From the human T2T-CHM13v2.0 reference genome, Homo sapiens: a DNA stretch of 64,000 nt. The notes below the pieces were generated by a model. That model ran no database searches, had not been told where the DNA came from, and saw only the letters and a program-made list of their open reading frames with translations. Numbering within the stretch: the stretch's first letter is position 1; every line of letters starts with the position of its first letter. Position numbers and translations under genes: made by a program. The DNA is taken from NCBI RefSeq assembly GCF_009914755.1, contig NC_060931.1. One strand, 5' to 3'. This document shows positions 1-17,435 of the stretch, piece by piece.

Positions 1-629
1 TTACTTTCCCTCCAAAATGTGTAAAAACAAATAATTGAGATCTCTATCCTTTACATTCTTTTAATTAAGTCATCATACAAACCTTTCATTTTCTTGAAAT
101 TTATTTTTATGCCATTCATTAAATTTTTGTTTTCTTCATTCAAATTGTTACCTGTTTTAGAGACAAAATTTTTAACATTATATGCTTCACAAATTCTAAT
201 AGGAAATGGCATTTTATTTATGTAATTACTAATGTAATTAATAAGCGTATTAAAGAAGTAAATAATTGAAGTAAATTTAGTTTATATTATATGAATTATT
301 TTACATTTTATCTTCTATCTTAAAAAAATTTTAACTAGTTATGCAATTCAAAATTGACAGATATTTTAACTCAGAACTTTAAACATAATATCCATTGATT
401 TGTGAATTCTATGAAGATGTCAAAATATGAGTTAAAAATCTGTTGTTGCTTTGTAGTTAGCATTTTATATTTCAATGATTCTAAATCACTTCATTTTGGT
501 GTTAAGCTTTTTAGTTATTATGATGTTTTTAGATATTTGTTGTACTTTCCTTGGTTGATATTTTATTAGTTCTTTAAAATGTTTAAGCATGCCATATTTT
601 CTCTATTTTGTTCAAAAATCATTAGACAA

Positions 630-977
<348 letters not shown>

Positions 978-1054
978 TCATTTTTAACTTACTCTAACTT
1001 GTATATTTTCCACTCATTTTTCTCCTTTTCCTGGCATCTAAGTATTTCTTTTAG

Positions 1055-1367
<313 letters not shown>

Positions 1368-2130
1368 TTTTTAGCTCATTCTTTTACTTATACTTTAGCT
1401 CATATTTTTTACTTTGCTGATATCCCTTATATTTATCTAAAAAAACTATGTATATATTTTTTCTTTTTGTATTTTTGTAGAAATGAGGTTATGCTATGTT
1501 GACCAGGCTAGCCTTAAACTCCTGGCCTCAAGTGATTCTCCCGTCTTGGCCTCCCAAAGTGCTGGGATTACAGGCACGTGCCACCATGCCTAGCTTACAT
1601 ATTTTCGGCGCATCTGCTTTGGAATTCCTTGACGTCTAGTTGTACAAGTATTTTATGATGTTATTTCTGAACAAAATTAATTTTTGTGTCCTTTAGTTTG
1701 CATATTTAAAAAAATTACATTGTGTGATTATACTTGACAAGTCTGAACTTAAAAGATTTTCAGTATCTTGGGTTGAGATTTTTTTCCCTCAAAAAAAATT
1801 GTCTGGAATTTTTGTTTTCTTCTCTACATGCATCTGGAAAACATTTAAATTAACTTATTAAATTTTTCTCTACAAAAACTCTGGGTCAATTCAAACCCCA
1901 ATATATCAATACAGCTGGCCTTCCTTCCTACATCAGCCAAGGCACGGACTGACTAGTTTCACTATTTATCTCCCTTTGACTGCAGGCTGCATGCTCTATC
2001 TCATTTTTCTTAGATTTGCAGAACTTTGAGGCTTTTGGCTTTAGTTGGGCTGGTCAGGTTCATCCCCCTTACTTTGATTCTAGTGTGGCACCACATCTAC
2101 CCCTGAGAGCTGTAAAAATCCAGGAAATGA

Positions 2131-2553
<423 letters not shown>

Positions 2554-3129
2554 TAGAACTAATCTCTGCAGTTAAGCACATGTTACATTGTCCAGCTGTT
2601 ATGGTGTTTTTTCAAGAGAACTATTTTTAAACATGTAACTTTTCAGAATATTTCCAGAATCCCAGATAGCCACATTTACCTTTGGAGGAATTGATTATCA
2701 GAATAATCAACACAATTATCTTTAGAAAAATCATATGTCCCCAGGGAAAGTTCTAAATTTTTGGAGTGTGTATTGTGTGACATTTTTAGTAGAATGCAGT
2801 TATGACAATGTTACCATATGTTTCAAATATAAAATACTTTCTGTTATGTATTACATAAGGATTTTATGTGATCATGCCTTTTGCTGGGGAGAATGCACCT
2901 GTGTCTTGTTAAAATTGTTGATAATAATATTTTTATTGCTAATAAGAAAATTAATAATACCAAATCTTTTCATTCTCAACAGTACTACTCTTTTTGATCC
3001 TAGTTTCCACTTTTATCATATGCAATAGAAACATTTTTAGAAGTGTTTTCTTCTAGGTAAATAAATTATCTTTATTATGTATTATTAATTTTTTAAAACC
3101 ATTAAGTAAGGAATATAAGTATGTCCTCT

Positions 3130-4060
<931 letters not shown>

Positions 4061-4663
4061 ATTTCATGCCTGTAGATTTTCCTGGAGGTTGAGATGTAAG
4101 AATAAAAAAAATGATGTTGAGAGAATAAAGCTTTGGGTAATTCATGAATGATCGAATATCTCATGATCTTCTGTTGTAAGATGGAGAAGCTTATTCTTCA
4201 TGCTGTACTTAATATTCACATTTATATTGTAAAACAAATATGATATTCTATCTAAAGTGAACTAGGAAGATATGTTAGTTAACTTTGTGTTTAATCAGGA
4301 TGGAAGTCTGAGTCTACCTTCTCTCTTCCATGAATATGTAGTCAGGACAGAAACATAATTTGAATAAGGACAAACACAAAATGATGGTAAGTGGAGAAGC
4401 ATACAACAGATTAAAATGTGATGAAACAGCACTGAACACGTACATAGAGTTCACAATGTGTTACGCACTATTCCAAGTCATTTGCACATACAGTTTTAAT
4501 GCCTGTAAGACTAAAATAAACAACACAAACATTCATGTAAATGAGAAATTGAAACATTAAAAATAATATTAGGTGACATTAAACTGTCATAAAAATAAAC
4601 TGTTTTCATATACAACAAATAAGTTAACATAAAGAGTGCACATTAACATTTTAAGACAGTTTG

Positions 4664-4958
<295 letters not shown>

Positions 4959-5717
4959 AGTCAGTTTGATTAGTTATCAGATAAACAAATGGATAGCATT
5001 ATAAACCTGTATAAAGAGCATACATATTATTTTCTTATTTTCAAATTCCATAGAAAATATTTAAAATTTTAAAATGTTGGATTCAAAATTATGTCAGTAA
5101 CTTCATGAAAGTAGACATTCAATAGGTCATATTGTTTAGACATTGTGAAATGACATCAGAAGCCGTGAATTAGAGTGCAACCCATAGACAATATCTAGCC
5201 ACAGACAAGTTTAAGACCAAGTTGAATAATTATTGAATTTCAAAGGAAATTCATACTGAGGTTAATTTAGAGATTCAATGACATGCCAAGAAAGAAGCAT
5301 TGAGACTGGAACCAAATCACCAAATATTGCATAACAAATTCTACCAGTACTAACTTACTGTTAAAGACAGAAACATTCATTTTAGCCATGTGCAGCTACT
5401 AATATTTTCACATATTAATAAAGTAAAGTAATCACACTGTTATGTGTGCAGTGTGAATGTTTGTGCATCCCTACAATGCCAAATAGGGCTAAAAAAAGTC
5501 AGGACTTTGCAGGAACACAAATAAGAAAAGATTCAAAGGAGTTGTCAACATGAGAAGCCAATGGTTAATCACAAAGCAAAACTGATAATCTTGTGCCAGG
5601 TCAAGGAGAACAAACAAATAAAATATACAGACTGCATATATTTATAAAAAAAGATCTCCAAAACGTGAGATCTAAATGATAAATTATGACATATACAAGC
5701 AAATAAGTTCTCAGAAT

Positions 5718-6112
5718 TTTTTTTTTATTATACTTTAAGTTCTAGGGTACATGTGCACAACATGCAGGTTTGATACATAGGTATATATGTGCCATGTTAG
5801 TTTGCTGCACCCATCAACTTATCATTTACATTAGGTATTTCTCCTAATGTTATCCCTCCCCCAGCCCCTCCCCCCGTGACAGGCCCTGGTGTGTAATATT
5901 CCCTGCCCTGTGTCCAAGTGATCTCATTGTTCAATTCCCACCTATGAGTGAGAACATGCGGTGTTTGGTTTTCTGCCCTTGTAATAGTTTGCTGAGCTTG
6001 ATGGTTTCCAGCTTCATCCATGTCCCTGCAAAGGACATGAACTCATCTTTTTTTGTGGCTGCATAGTATTCCATGGTGTATATGTGCCACATTTTCTTAA
6101 TCCAGTCTATCG
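5718..6112 (-). mobile_element. 5'-truncated L1PA 3' end
   Basis: L1 3'UTR plus poly(A); TSD agttctcagaat at 5706-5717 and 6113-6124. Confidence 0.93.
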
Positions 6113-6242
6113 AGTTCTCAGAATCTAGAGTAAGAAGAAATTGAATGTTACATACATTTATAATATTAAAATTGTATTTAAAATGTTTAAATCAATTAAA
6201 TGGTAAAATAAGAAACCAAAATAATATTGAAAGAGGAAAACA

Positions 6243-6550
6243 CTTTATTTATTTATTTATTTATTTTTGAGACAGTGTCTCCCTCTGTCATCAAGGCTGG
6301 AGTGCAGTGTCTGCAATCTCAGCTCACTACAACCTCTGCATGCTGGGTTCAAGCAATTCTCCTGCCTCAGCCTCCTGAGTAGCTGGGACTACAGGCATGT
6401 GCCACCATGCCCGGCTAATTTTTGTATTTTTAGTAGAGATGGGATTTCACCATGCTGGCCAGGTTGGTTTCAAACTCCGGACCTCAGGTGTTCTGACCGC
6501 CTCAGCCTCCCAAAGTGCTGGGATTACAGGCGTGAGTCATAGCGCCTGGC
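6243..6550 (-). mobile_element. AluS
   Basis: Full dimer with (TTTA)n tail. Confidence 0.9.
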
Positions 6551-7142
6551 TGAAGAAGAAACTTAAAAGTTGAAGAGTGTATGTGGAAAGAGCCAAATGT
6601 AAATTGAATGAAAGAAAAATAAAATTTATAAATTTGGATATACATTGTATGGGTTAACTATTAACTTATAACAAGCCAATGAGAGAAACAGCTAACTGGG
6701 AGATTAAGCAGAGCAAATCTATGGTAATTAAAGACAAACTGATATAAAATGCAAATATATTTACAGATCTATAAAGACTAAAACTAGAAGGAATAAAATA
6801 TACTCAATTGCTTTACAAAAATATATTTCAAAAATAGAACACAGTTTTAGTCAAAAAAAATTTTTTTGGAAAATTAAAAGCCAGAAATAAATTATTGAAT
6901 GTAGAAATGCAAAGTTTTCAACAAAAAAGCAAATAAAGGTAATAATTCCAGCAGAAATAATAGTCAAACTGTGTAACATTAAAGGGACAGAAAAAACCGA
7001 CAAGTAGGGAGATGGAAAACAGAAGTAAACCACAAATTTGTGAGCATCATTTCTACAGTCTCGATAGAAGCCAGAACACAGAGAAATATATATTGAGTGT
7101 AAGAATTTAATACTCAGCCAAATATTTTTAATAAATAAAGAC

Positions 7143-7420
7143 AAGCCTGTAATCTCAGCACTTTGGGAGGCTGAGGTGGACAGATCACCTGAACTCAGGA
7201 GTGAGACAAGCCTGTGCAACATGGAGAAACCCTGTCTCTAACAAAAAAAATTAGCCAGGTGTGGTAGCATGCACCTGTAGTCTAAGCTACTCAGGAGGCT
7301 GAGACAGGAAGATCACTTGAACCTGGGAGCTTGGAGGTTGCAGTGAGCTAGATCACCCCCACTGCACTCCAGGCTGGGTGACAGGGCAAGACTGTCTCCA
7401 AATACATACATACATACCTA
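7143..7420 (+). mobile_element. Alu (old, 5' clipped)
   Basis: Dimer lacking the first about 20 nt. Confidence 0.8.
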
Positions 7421-7478
7421 CTAAAAAATTATCCAAAATACCAACATGGAGAGATTTTATTGCCAGAAAGATATTCTT

Positions 7479-7801
7479 TTTTTTTTTTTCTATTTTATTT
7501 TTATTCTTTTGGAGGCAGAGTCCCATTCTGTTGCTCAGGCTGGAGTGTAGTGGCATGATCACGGCTTACTGCATCCTTGATCTCCTGGGCTCAAGTGATC
7601 CTCCCACCTCAGCCTCCTGAGTAGCTGAGACCACAGGTATGCACCACCACACCAGGCTATTTTTTTTCTTTTCATTATTTTTTGTAGAGCTGGGGTCTCT
7701 CTATGTTGCCCAGGCTGATCTTGAACTCCTGGGCTCAAGCAATCCTTTCACTTTGGCCTCCTAAAGTGCTGGATTATGGGCATGAGCCACCGTGTCTGGC
7801 C
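7479..7801 (-). mobile_element. AluJ-like element forming the 3' end of the retrocopy
   Basis: Dimeric Alu, diverged and CpG-depleted; A-rich tail containing AATAAA. Confidence 0.85.
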
Positions 7802-7979
7802 TCTTGCTTCCAGGTGAGGAGCAGCACAGGTACTCCACTGAGAGTGTATTAGGCCAGAGCCCAAGCCTACTGAATGAGAATCCTTTTATGAGAAAATTAT
7901 GCCTTGGAGATTCTTATCAGTCTCTCTCAGGAAGTAGACATTTTCGTTCTCACAAACGCTGTTTTTAATAGAATTTAAA

Positions 7980-8092
7980 GGCTGAACGCAGTGGCCCATG
8001 CCTATAATCCCAGCACTTTGAGGCCCAGGCAGGAAGATCACTTGAGGTCAGGAATTCGAGATCAGTCTACGCAACACAGTGAGACTCCGCAT
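7980..8092 (+). mobile_element. Alu left-monomer fragment, antisense within the retrocopy
   Basis: gctgaacgcagtggcccatgcctataatcccagcacttt... ending abruptly at the HERV-W junction. Confidence 0.85.
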
Positions 8093-8102
8093 CACTTTGG
8101 AG

Positions 8103-8120
8103 GTCCCCTCGTGGTCGCCA
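8103..8120 (-). other. Retroviral primer-binding site TGGCGACCACGAGGGGAC
   Basis: 3 nt downstream of the LTR end, starts TGG, resembles the complement of a tRNA-Arg 3' end as seen in HERV-W/HERV-9. Confidence 0.8.
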
Positions 8121-8123
8121 AAA

Positions 8124-8670
<547 letters not shown>

Positions 8671-8941
8671 CCAGAAAGATATTCTTAATATAACACTTCA
8701 GAAAGAATAAAAACTTTTCTATATTAAGGCCCGAAAATCAAAATGGAAGAGGAAGACACTTGTAAACAGATGGGAATATCAAACGATTATATATATATTA
8801 AACGAGAGAAACCACAAACAATTGGCACAGTTTTAAAAATATTTAGAAATATTGAAAGTGTAAATCCATATATTTAAGTTAAATTAGATAGCAGGTTCTG
8901 TGCTACTTAAATAACTTAACTGGTGAGAGAATAATCTGTTT

Positions 8942-9990
<1,049 letters not shown>

Positions 9991-10173
9991 TCTAAATTGT
10001 AAAAAGACACATATTTTGAATATCTGAAAATAACAGACTTCATATCATATTATTTATTGTATGTTCAAAATCATCACTATCATGTTTTTATCTCACTAAA
10101 TTTTTTTGATAAATCCTATTACATAAATTTTTAAAAATACAGTCTCATCATTATTTTATACACCATCTACTAT

Positions 10174-10195
10174 CATCTATCTATCTATCTATCTG

Positions 10196-10230
<35 letters not shown>
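10174..10230. repeat. (TCTA)n tetranucleotide STR
   Basis: Direct reading. Confidence 0.95.
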
Positions 10231-11249
10231 GTGTGTATACTGGGAATATATATATTGTTTGTGTGTATATAAATTATATATATAAAATTTAAAAATTCTT
10301 TCTAAAAAATCTGATTGACTCTCTCATATCACAGAATTCAGTTTCTCAGTCTCTCTTTCACATTTCAGGACTCTTGTGATTACCTGAGGCCCAAACTCAT
10401 AATTTAGTTGGTGGCCCCCCAAATTAAAAGCTGTCATTTGTATTTAAATGTTCACTTAGACCCTTCAAGTTTGTTGTGCTCATTGGTGCGCATAGTTTCG
10501 TGATGACCCCAGCTGCACCCCTGGCCTAGCTGGCTGCCTGGTCTGCCATGCAGACCAGGCCATGCCTTTGCTCTAGCTCAGCTCTCAGGGGCTCCTGTGG
10601 GCTCCCACACGTTGGCCTGAAGTCTAAGCATAGCACCTGGGCATGCAGAGGTGCACACCACACCGTCAATGCAGATGCAGTCAGGTGGCCTTGGGTCTGG
10701 TGTTGCCCATTCTAAACTTTTGATAGCTAGATAGTATTCTATTCTACAGGTATACTTTTTCCCTTTGATTAGCTAGTAGTTATTTGCATTGTTTCTACTT
10801 TGGGTTACTATGAATACTGCTGTTATGAGCATTCATATGAGTCTGTGTTGACATGGGTTTTCAATTATTCTGGGAAAATTTCTGGCAGTAGAACTGCTGG
10901 ATCATATGATAATCCTACATATGACACTCTGAAAAGCCACCAAATCGTTTCTCAAAGTGACTGCATTAGCTTACGTTTTTATGGGCAATGTACAGGGAGT
11001 CTGTATTCTGCCCCTCCTTGCTATCGTTATTGTCGTCTATTGTTTGGTAAGAGCATTCCAGTGGATGTAAAGCTGTATGGTATTGTAGTTGTATGGCATC
11101 TTTTTGCAGAAACACATTTTGCATTTTCAATAGTTTATCTTTTTTTAATGAGTAGTAAGAGAAGCTTTTGTCTGGATAGAAGCCCATTCTTAGATGTATC
11201 CCTTTAAATATTTTATTCCTTCTGGTGGCTTCTCTATTTGAACAGATGA

Positions 11250-11645
11250 ATATACAAAGAGATAACAGCCAGTCTATATAGAAAAAGATAACTCTGAATA
11301 CAAACTACAATAACCAGTCCCAAACAGCCAAGTTCAAATCAATAAGTCACAGCTGTTCTGTTGCCTCTTTTTCCAAATTAGAACTAAACTGAGAAAGCCA
11401 AGCATACATCCTCACCAAGTAAATGGGATATTGTTTCTGGTTAGCCCTCCTACAGCTTCCCCGTGTCAACAGCCTCCAATAAAGGCCCATCTGAAGTCAT
11501 GTCTTTTTTCACTATAAAGCTTTCCCACTCTTCTGCTGGTTTGAGTCTCCACCAAACATAAGTGATGGTGGCTAATTCCCCTCCTAGGGCAAAGCTAAAA
11601 TACATAGTCATTTCTTGTTTTCATTTGGCTGATCTCCATTTATTT
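11250..11645 (+). mobile_element. Old ERV LTR (MER77-like, uncertain)
   Basis: cactataaagctttcccactc...gtgatggtggctaattccc LTR-type 3' half. Confidence 0.4.
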
Positions 11646-13900
11646 TTTTTATTATTATAAGTGTCACTGAAATTTCTGCTGCACTAACCTACTTGAGTCA
11701 CACTGATGGTGATGGCATGGAAGTCACTAAAGAGGGAAGTGGTGTTAACGGTTCCACCTCTGCCCATTCTGTGAACACAGGAAAGCAGTTTGCATCCAAA
11801 ATTACTAATGAAATGTTTCCATTTTCAAGGTGCCATGATTTCTGAGACTTTTCTAAAGAGAATGATCAAGAATTTGCTGTAGTTAAGTGACAAAGAATAT
11901 ACCTGTGGACTGTAAACTGCACTCATAAAAATAAAAAGGATATAGTACAAAAGTGAGAAAATCTCTAAGACTCCAATATCAATCTGGAAAAGAAAAATCT
12001 TTCCAAATCTTAAATCCACAGAGGTTTTTCTTCTTGTTCAACATTTAACAAACACACTCAAAAATAAAAGATTCTGCATAAAAACATAAGTTATCTTATA
12101 AGCATTTCATTAAAAAATTCAAACTCCATCACTTCCCATTACCTCTCAAATATTTATTTCTAAGATATATTTTCTTTTAACAGCTTTCCAAATTCTGATG
12201 TGCTTCTACATATAGTGCTCACAATTTATGGCCTACCGTTATTAATGTTTTAACTATTCTAACTAATTTTATATTTGCCACACTTTGTGTTGGGATCTAA
12301 TAACATTTTTCTTTTACAAAAGATGCTGATTGATTTAAGATTCTGGTCTGTGGAAAGTGCATCATTCTTCTTATCTCAATTAGTTGATGCATTTACATCA
12401 CTTAATGGTGCATTTACAACCCATAAATGACCTTAAACTTTCCAGTTTTTTTTTAAAGCATTTTACTGATTACAAAATTCCAAATATGTCACCAAAACCT
12501 ACAAGTACTGTGTGAAATGACGCAGGCTGGGGAGAACAGTGAGAAAGCTGTAGCCATACTACAGGCAAATAAGGTAAAAGGCTGTGATACCTATGTAGCT
12601 GGAGATGAATATAAAGAAATAGAAATAGACTAACAATATTTACAAAGTGAAAGAAACAATACTTTCTTCTAAATGTAGAGAGTCACTTGTGCAGCATGGG
12701 TACAGCTATTTTCTCTTCATAGGCAGAATCAATGTCATTTCTTCACTATAGGTTTTTCAATCTTTCACCTGAGGCCACAGGCTAACTTTAACAAGAATAT
12801 TCATTATTAATTATTTAGCTTCTAGTACATAGCTAGCATTGTCCTGTGTTTGTTTACTTTATATATATGCCAAAAAGACCTCATGACTTATGAAGCCTCC
12901 AACTGTTTACTTGAATGAGTTGGCCCAATAAATTCAATAAACTCAATTATGCCCATTTTAAAAAGTAAAACGAACAATAACTAAACAAAATTGGATTAAA
13001 CAGCATTCCCTAATTGAAAGAAAAATATACAACACATGAACTAAATAACATATAATAATACACTCACTGTGAAATTACTTACATCTTAAAATTATTTTGT
13101 GGACACCATTAAATTTTATAAAAGTCAATTTTATAATCCTAAGGGGATAATATAAAAAATACTTCATGAAATTTGACAAAAAGATAATTATATATTAGGT
13201 CTAGGGCAACAGGCAAATAAACAGAAAACAAAAATCTGCATAAGATTCTAAGCCAGGAGCAATAATATTTTAGATAAATGAATTCAATATAAAGCAGAGA
13301 AAATAGGTTTGCTTTCAAAATCTTTGAAGTTTCTGGTTGGCTGGTTAATTATCAATACTTGTAACATTATCTTTTTTATTGTAATATTTTTCTTTTCTTC
13401 TCAAAGTAGGTACACAGCTATACACAAATATATTACTTTCTCCATAAATCTGTTACACCTAAAGTTTATTTTAAGTGACACATCTGTATATTTAAATCCA
13501 TGTAAATCAAAACTAAAGGTCTGTATGTGTTTTGCAGACTAGTCACATGTTCAACAACAAAAAAATGTAGGATAAAATTTTGTAAATAGTTGTTCAGAAT
13601 TCAGAAACATATAGCTCCATTATACTTGTATAATCTTTTTTATAACCATCATAGTTACCTGTAGTTACAAAAAGAAAAAAATAAAAATGCAATTTGTAGG
13701 AAAAATATTCTCCAAATTGTTTGAAGTTTAAGGCCACTGACAAAAGGAATCACTACACATGTTATTCCATTGTCACCCAATAGTATATTGTCACCATCTG
13801 TTACCTACAACCTTGAGTAAGATAGAATAAGTTAACGTCAGTGACAAGATACATATTCAATGTAAAACACATTAAATACAACTTTAATTAAAACAAATTA

Positions 13901-14228
<328 letters not shown>

Positions 14229-14332
14229 TCATATAAAAGTATTTTGAAATTCACTGTATTTTAATTACCTTAATGTGCAAATGGTAAAACAATTTACTTC
14301 TAAAACTAAAAATGTTTCTCTTACTTTAATGC

Positions 14333-15112
14333 AGAAGGGCATAACAAAACGGTATAGGATTAACGATCCTAAATGTGTATGCACCCAACACAGAAGCACC
14401 CAGATTCATAAAGCAAATTCTTAGAGAGCTTCAAAGAGACACGGACTCCCATACAATGATAGTAAGAGAATTTAACACCCGCTGACAATATTAGACAGAT
14501 AACTGAGACAAAAAATTAACAAGGATATTTAGAACCTGAATTCAGCACATAGTCAAATGGACCTGATAGATATATACAGAACTCTCCACTCAAAACAACA
14601 GAATATACATTCTTCTTATCACCACAAACACATACTCTAAAATCAGTCACATAACTGGAAATAAAACACCCCTCAGCAAATAAAAAAAAAACTGCTATCA
14701 CAGCAATATCTTGAACCACCAAATTCAAAATCATGACTAAGAAATTCAGTCAAAACTATACAATTACATGGAAATTGAATAACCCTGCTCCTGAATGACT
14801 TAAGAGTAAATAATAAAATTAAGTCAGAAATAAAAAAGTTCTTTGAACCTAATGAGAATAAAGATATAATACAACAAACCAGCATCTTTGGGACACACCT
14901 AAGCCAGTGTTTAGACAAAAATTTATGATACTAAATGCCTACATCAAAAAGTTAAAAAGGCCTCAAGTTCACAACCTCACATCACAACTAGAAAACCAAG
15001 AACAAACAAATCCCAAAGCCAGCAGAAGACAAGAAATAACTAAAACTACAGCTGAGCTGAAGGAGACTGAGACATGAAAAACCATTAAAAAAGTCAATAA
15101 ATTGTGGAGCAG
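14333..15112 (+). mobile_element. Internal L1P ORF2 (endonuclease-region) fragment
   Basis: tatgcacccaacacagaagcacccagattcataaagcaa...; no 3' end, poly(A) or TSD seen. Confidence 0.85.
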
Positions 15113-15434
15113 AGGTAAAAAATCTACACTTCAACATTAGAAAAAATATATAAGAAAATCAAAAAGCTAAGCAAATTTCAACTAAAATTAACACAAAGAG
15201 ATTCCTAACAAGATACAATATAGGCAATATTTTGAAAGTCACAGACAAGAAAAGAATCTGGAATGCAGAAAGAGAAAAGAGATGTGTCATTCATATTCAT
15301 CCTCCTGCAAAATTACCAGTAAATTTATGAACAGAAGAAATATTTCAGGCAAGAAGAAAGTTGGATGCTATAGTTAAAACACTGAAAAATACAAAAATGT
15401 CCAACCAAGAATACCATATCCAGCAGAAGTATTC

Positions 15435-15727
15435 TTTTTTGTTTTGTTTTGAGAAGGAGTCTTGCTCTATTGCCCAGGCTGGAGTGCAGTGGTGCCATCT
15501 CGGCTCACTGCAACCTCCGCCTTCCAGGTTCAAGCTCCTGCCACAGCCTCCCGAGTAGCTGGGATTACAGGCACCCAACACCACACCCAACTAATTTTTG
15601 TATTTTTAGTAGAGAGGGGGTTTCACAGTGTTGGCTAGGCTGGTCTTGAACTCCTGACCTCAAGTGATCTGCCCACCTCGGCCTCCCAAAGCGCTGAGAT
15701 TTCAGGCATGAGCAACCATGCCCAGCA
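15435..15727 (-). mobile_element. AluS
   Basis: Dimer. Confidence 0.88.
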
Positions 15728-17117
15728 TATCCTTTAAAATACGGTAAAAAAGAGATTTTTCCAAGATGACCAAATGCAGAAAAATGTATCATCGGAAGAA
15801 CTTTCCTACAACAAATGCAAAAAGGTCCCTCCCATTGAAAATAGTGTATCCTATAAAAGAAGAAAAAATCATGTAAAAATACATAACTCTGGAAAAGATA
15901 CACACATACACCAAAATAAAAATGTACTATACTATAATGATGATTCAAATAGCACTTTGAATTTGGCTCTAAAATTTGAACAATGTGTTTCAGCTAGTTC
16001 CTAATTTGTTAAACAAACAAACTGAAAAAGACTTTAAATAATAAAAGCATAAAAATAATTTTAAAAACTATTAATGTATATGCAATATAAAATATATTAT
16101 TAGTGGTGTTGATAAAAAGGGACAGGTGTAATGAGTATCAATTTTTGTGTGCTACTAAAGGTAAGTTGTTACCAGTTTAAAGTAAATGGTAATGTTAAAA
16201 GGATTTATGTAATTCCCATGTTAATTACATTGAAAATAATTGTAGAGATAAAAAGTTAAGTTGAAGTAAAAGCATGTCACTAAATATAGAAAGACAGGAA
16301 AAAAGAAAAACAGAGACAAATTAGCTCAAATAGCCAAATAATAAAATGATAATAGTATGTTTTCTTTTAGAAAATTATTTAAATATTCATGAACTAAACT
16401 TCCTAATCAAAACACATACATGAATATATAGGAATTTTTTGAAAACTAAAAAAAAATTAACTATATCATGTCTCCAAGGGACTCACTTCAGATCTAATGA
16501 AAACAATAGACTGAAAATGGGAGGCTGGAAAAAACATTCCAAAGAAGTGTTAAGCAACTGAGAAAAGGAGAGGCAACAATTATATTGTCAAAAACTGTCA
16601 TATTTTATATAATTTACTTTAAGTCGAAATTCACAAGAGACAAAGTAGGATGTTAACTTATAATAAGAGGGTTCATTCACTGAGAAACTATAAATATATC
16701 TGACATCAGTTTTCCCAAACACATAAAGCAAACATTGAAAGAATTGAAGCAAAAAATAGACAGCAGTATTATAATGGTAGGATACTTAAATATCCCGCTT
16801 TTAGTAATGAATAATACTGAATACATAGGGATTTTTGACACAAGACAGAATATTAATAAGGGAACAAAAAACTTGAATGCACTATAAAACAATTACACTT
16901 AACAAATGTATACAGACAGCAAAATACACATTATTTTCAATAGCTCATAAAACATTTTCCTAGACAGACTGCTTGTGACACCACAAAACAAGTACCAGCA
17001 AATTTTTTAAAACTGAAATTTTACAGAGTATTATTTATAGCCCAAATGGAATGAAACTAGAAATCAGTAACAGAAGGAAAACTAAAAAATTAACAAAATA
17101 TAAAAATTAAACAACAT

Positions 17118-17435
17118 GGCTGAGCACAGTGGCCCACGCCTGTAATTCCAGCACTTTGGGAGGCCAAGGCGGGTGGATCACGAGGTCAGGAGTTCAAGAC
17201 CAGCCTGGCCAACATAGTGAAACCCCGTCTCTACTATAGATTAAAAAAATTAGCTGGGCATGGTGGTGTGCGCATGTAATCCCAGCTACTCAGGAGGCTG
17301 GAGCAGCAGAATTGTTTGACCTGGGAGGCGGAGGTTGCAGTGAGCCGAGATCATGCCATTGCACTCCAGCCTGGGTGACAGGGCAAGACTCCACCTCAAA
17401 AAAATAAATAAATAAAAATAAAATAAAAAAATAAA
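17118..17435 (+). mobile_element. AluS
   Basis: Dimer; flanking repeat taaacaaca. Confidence 0.88.
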
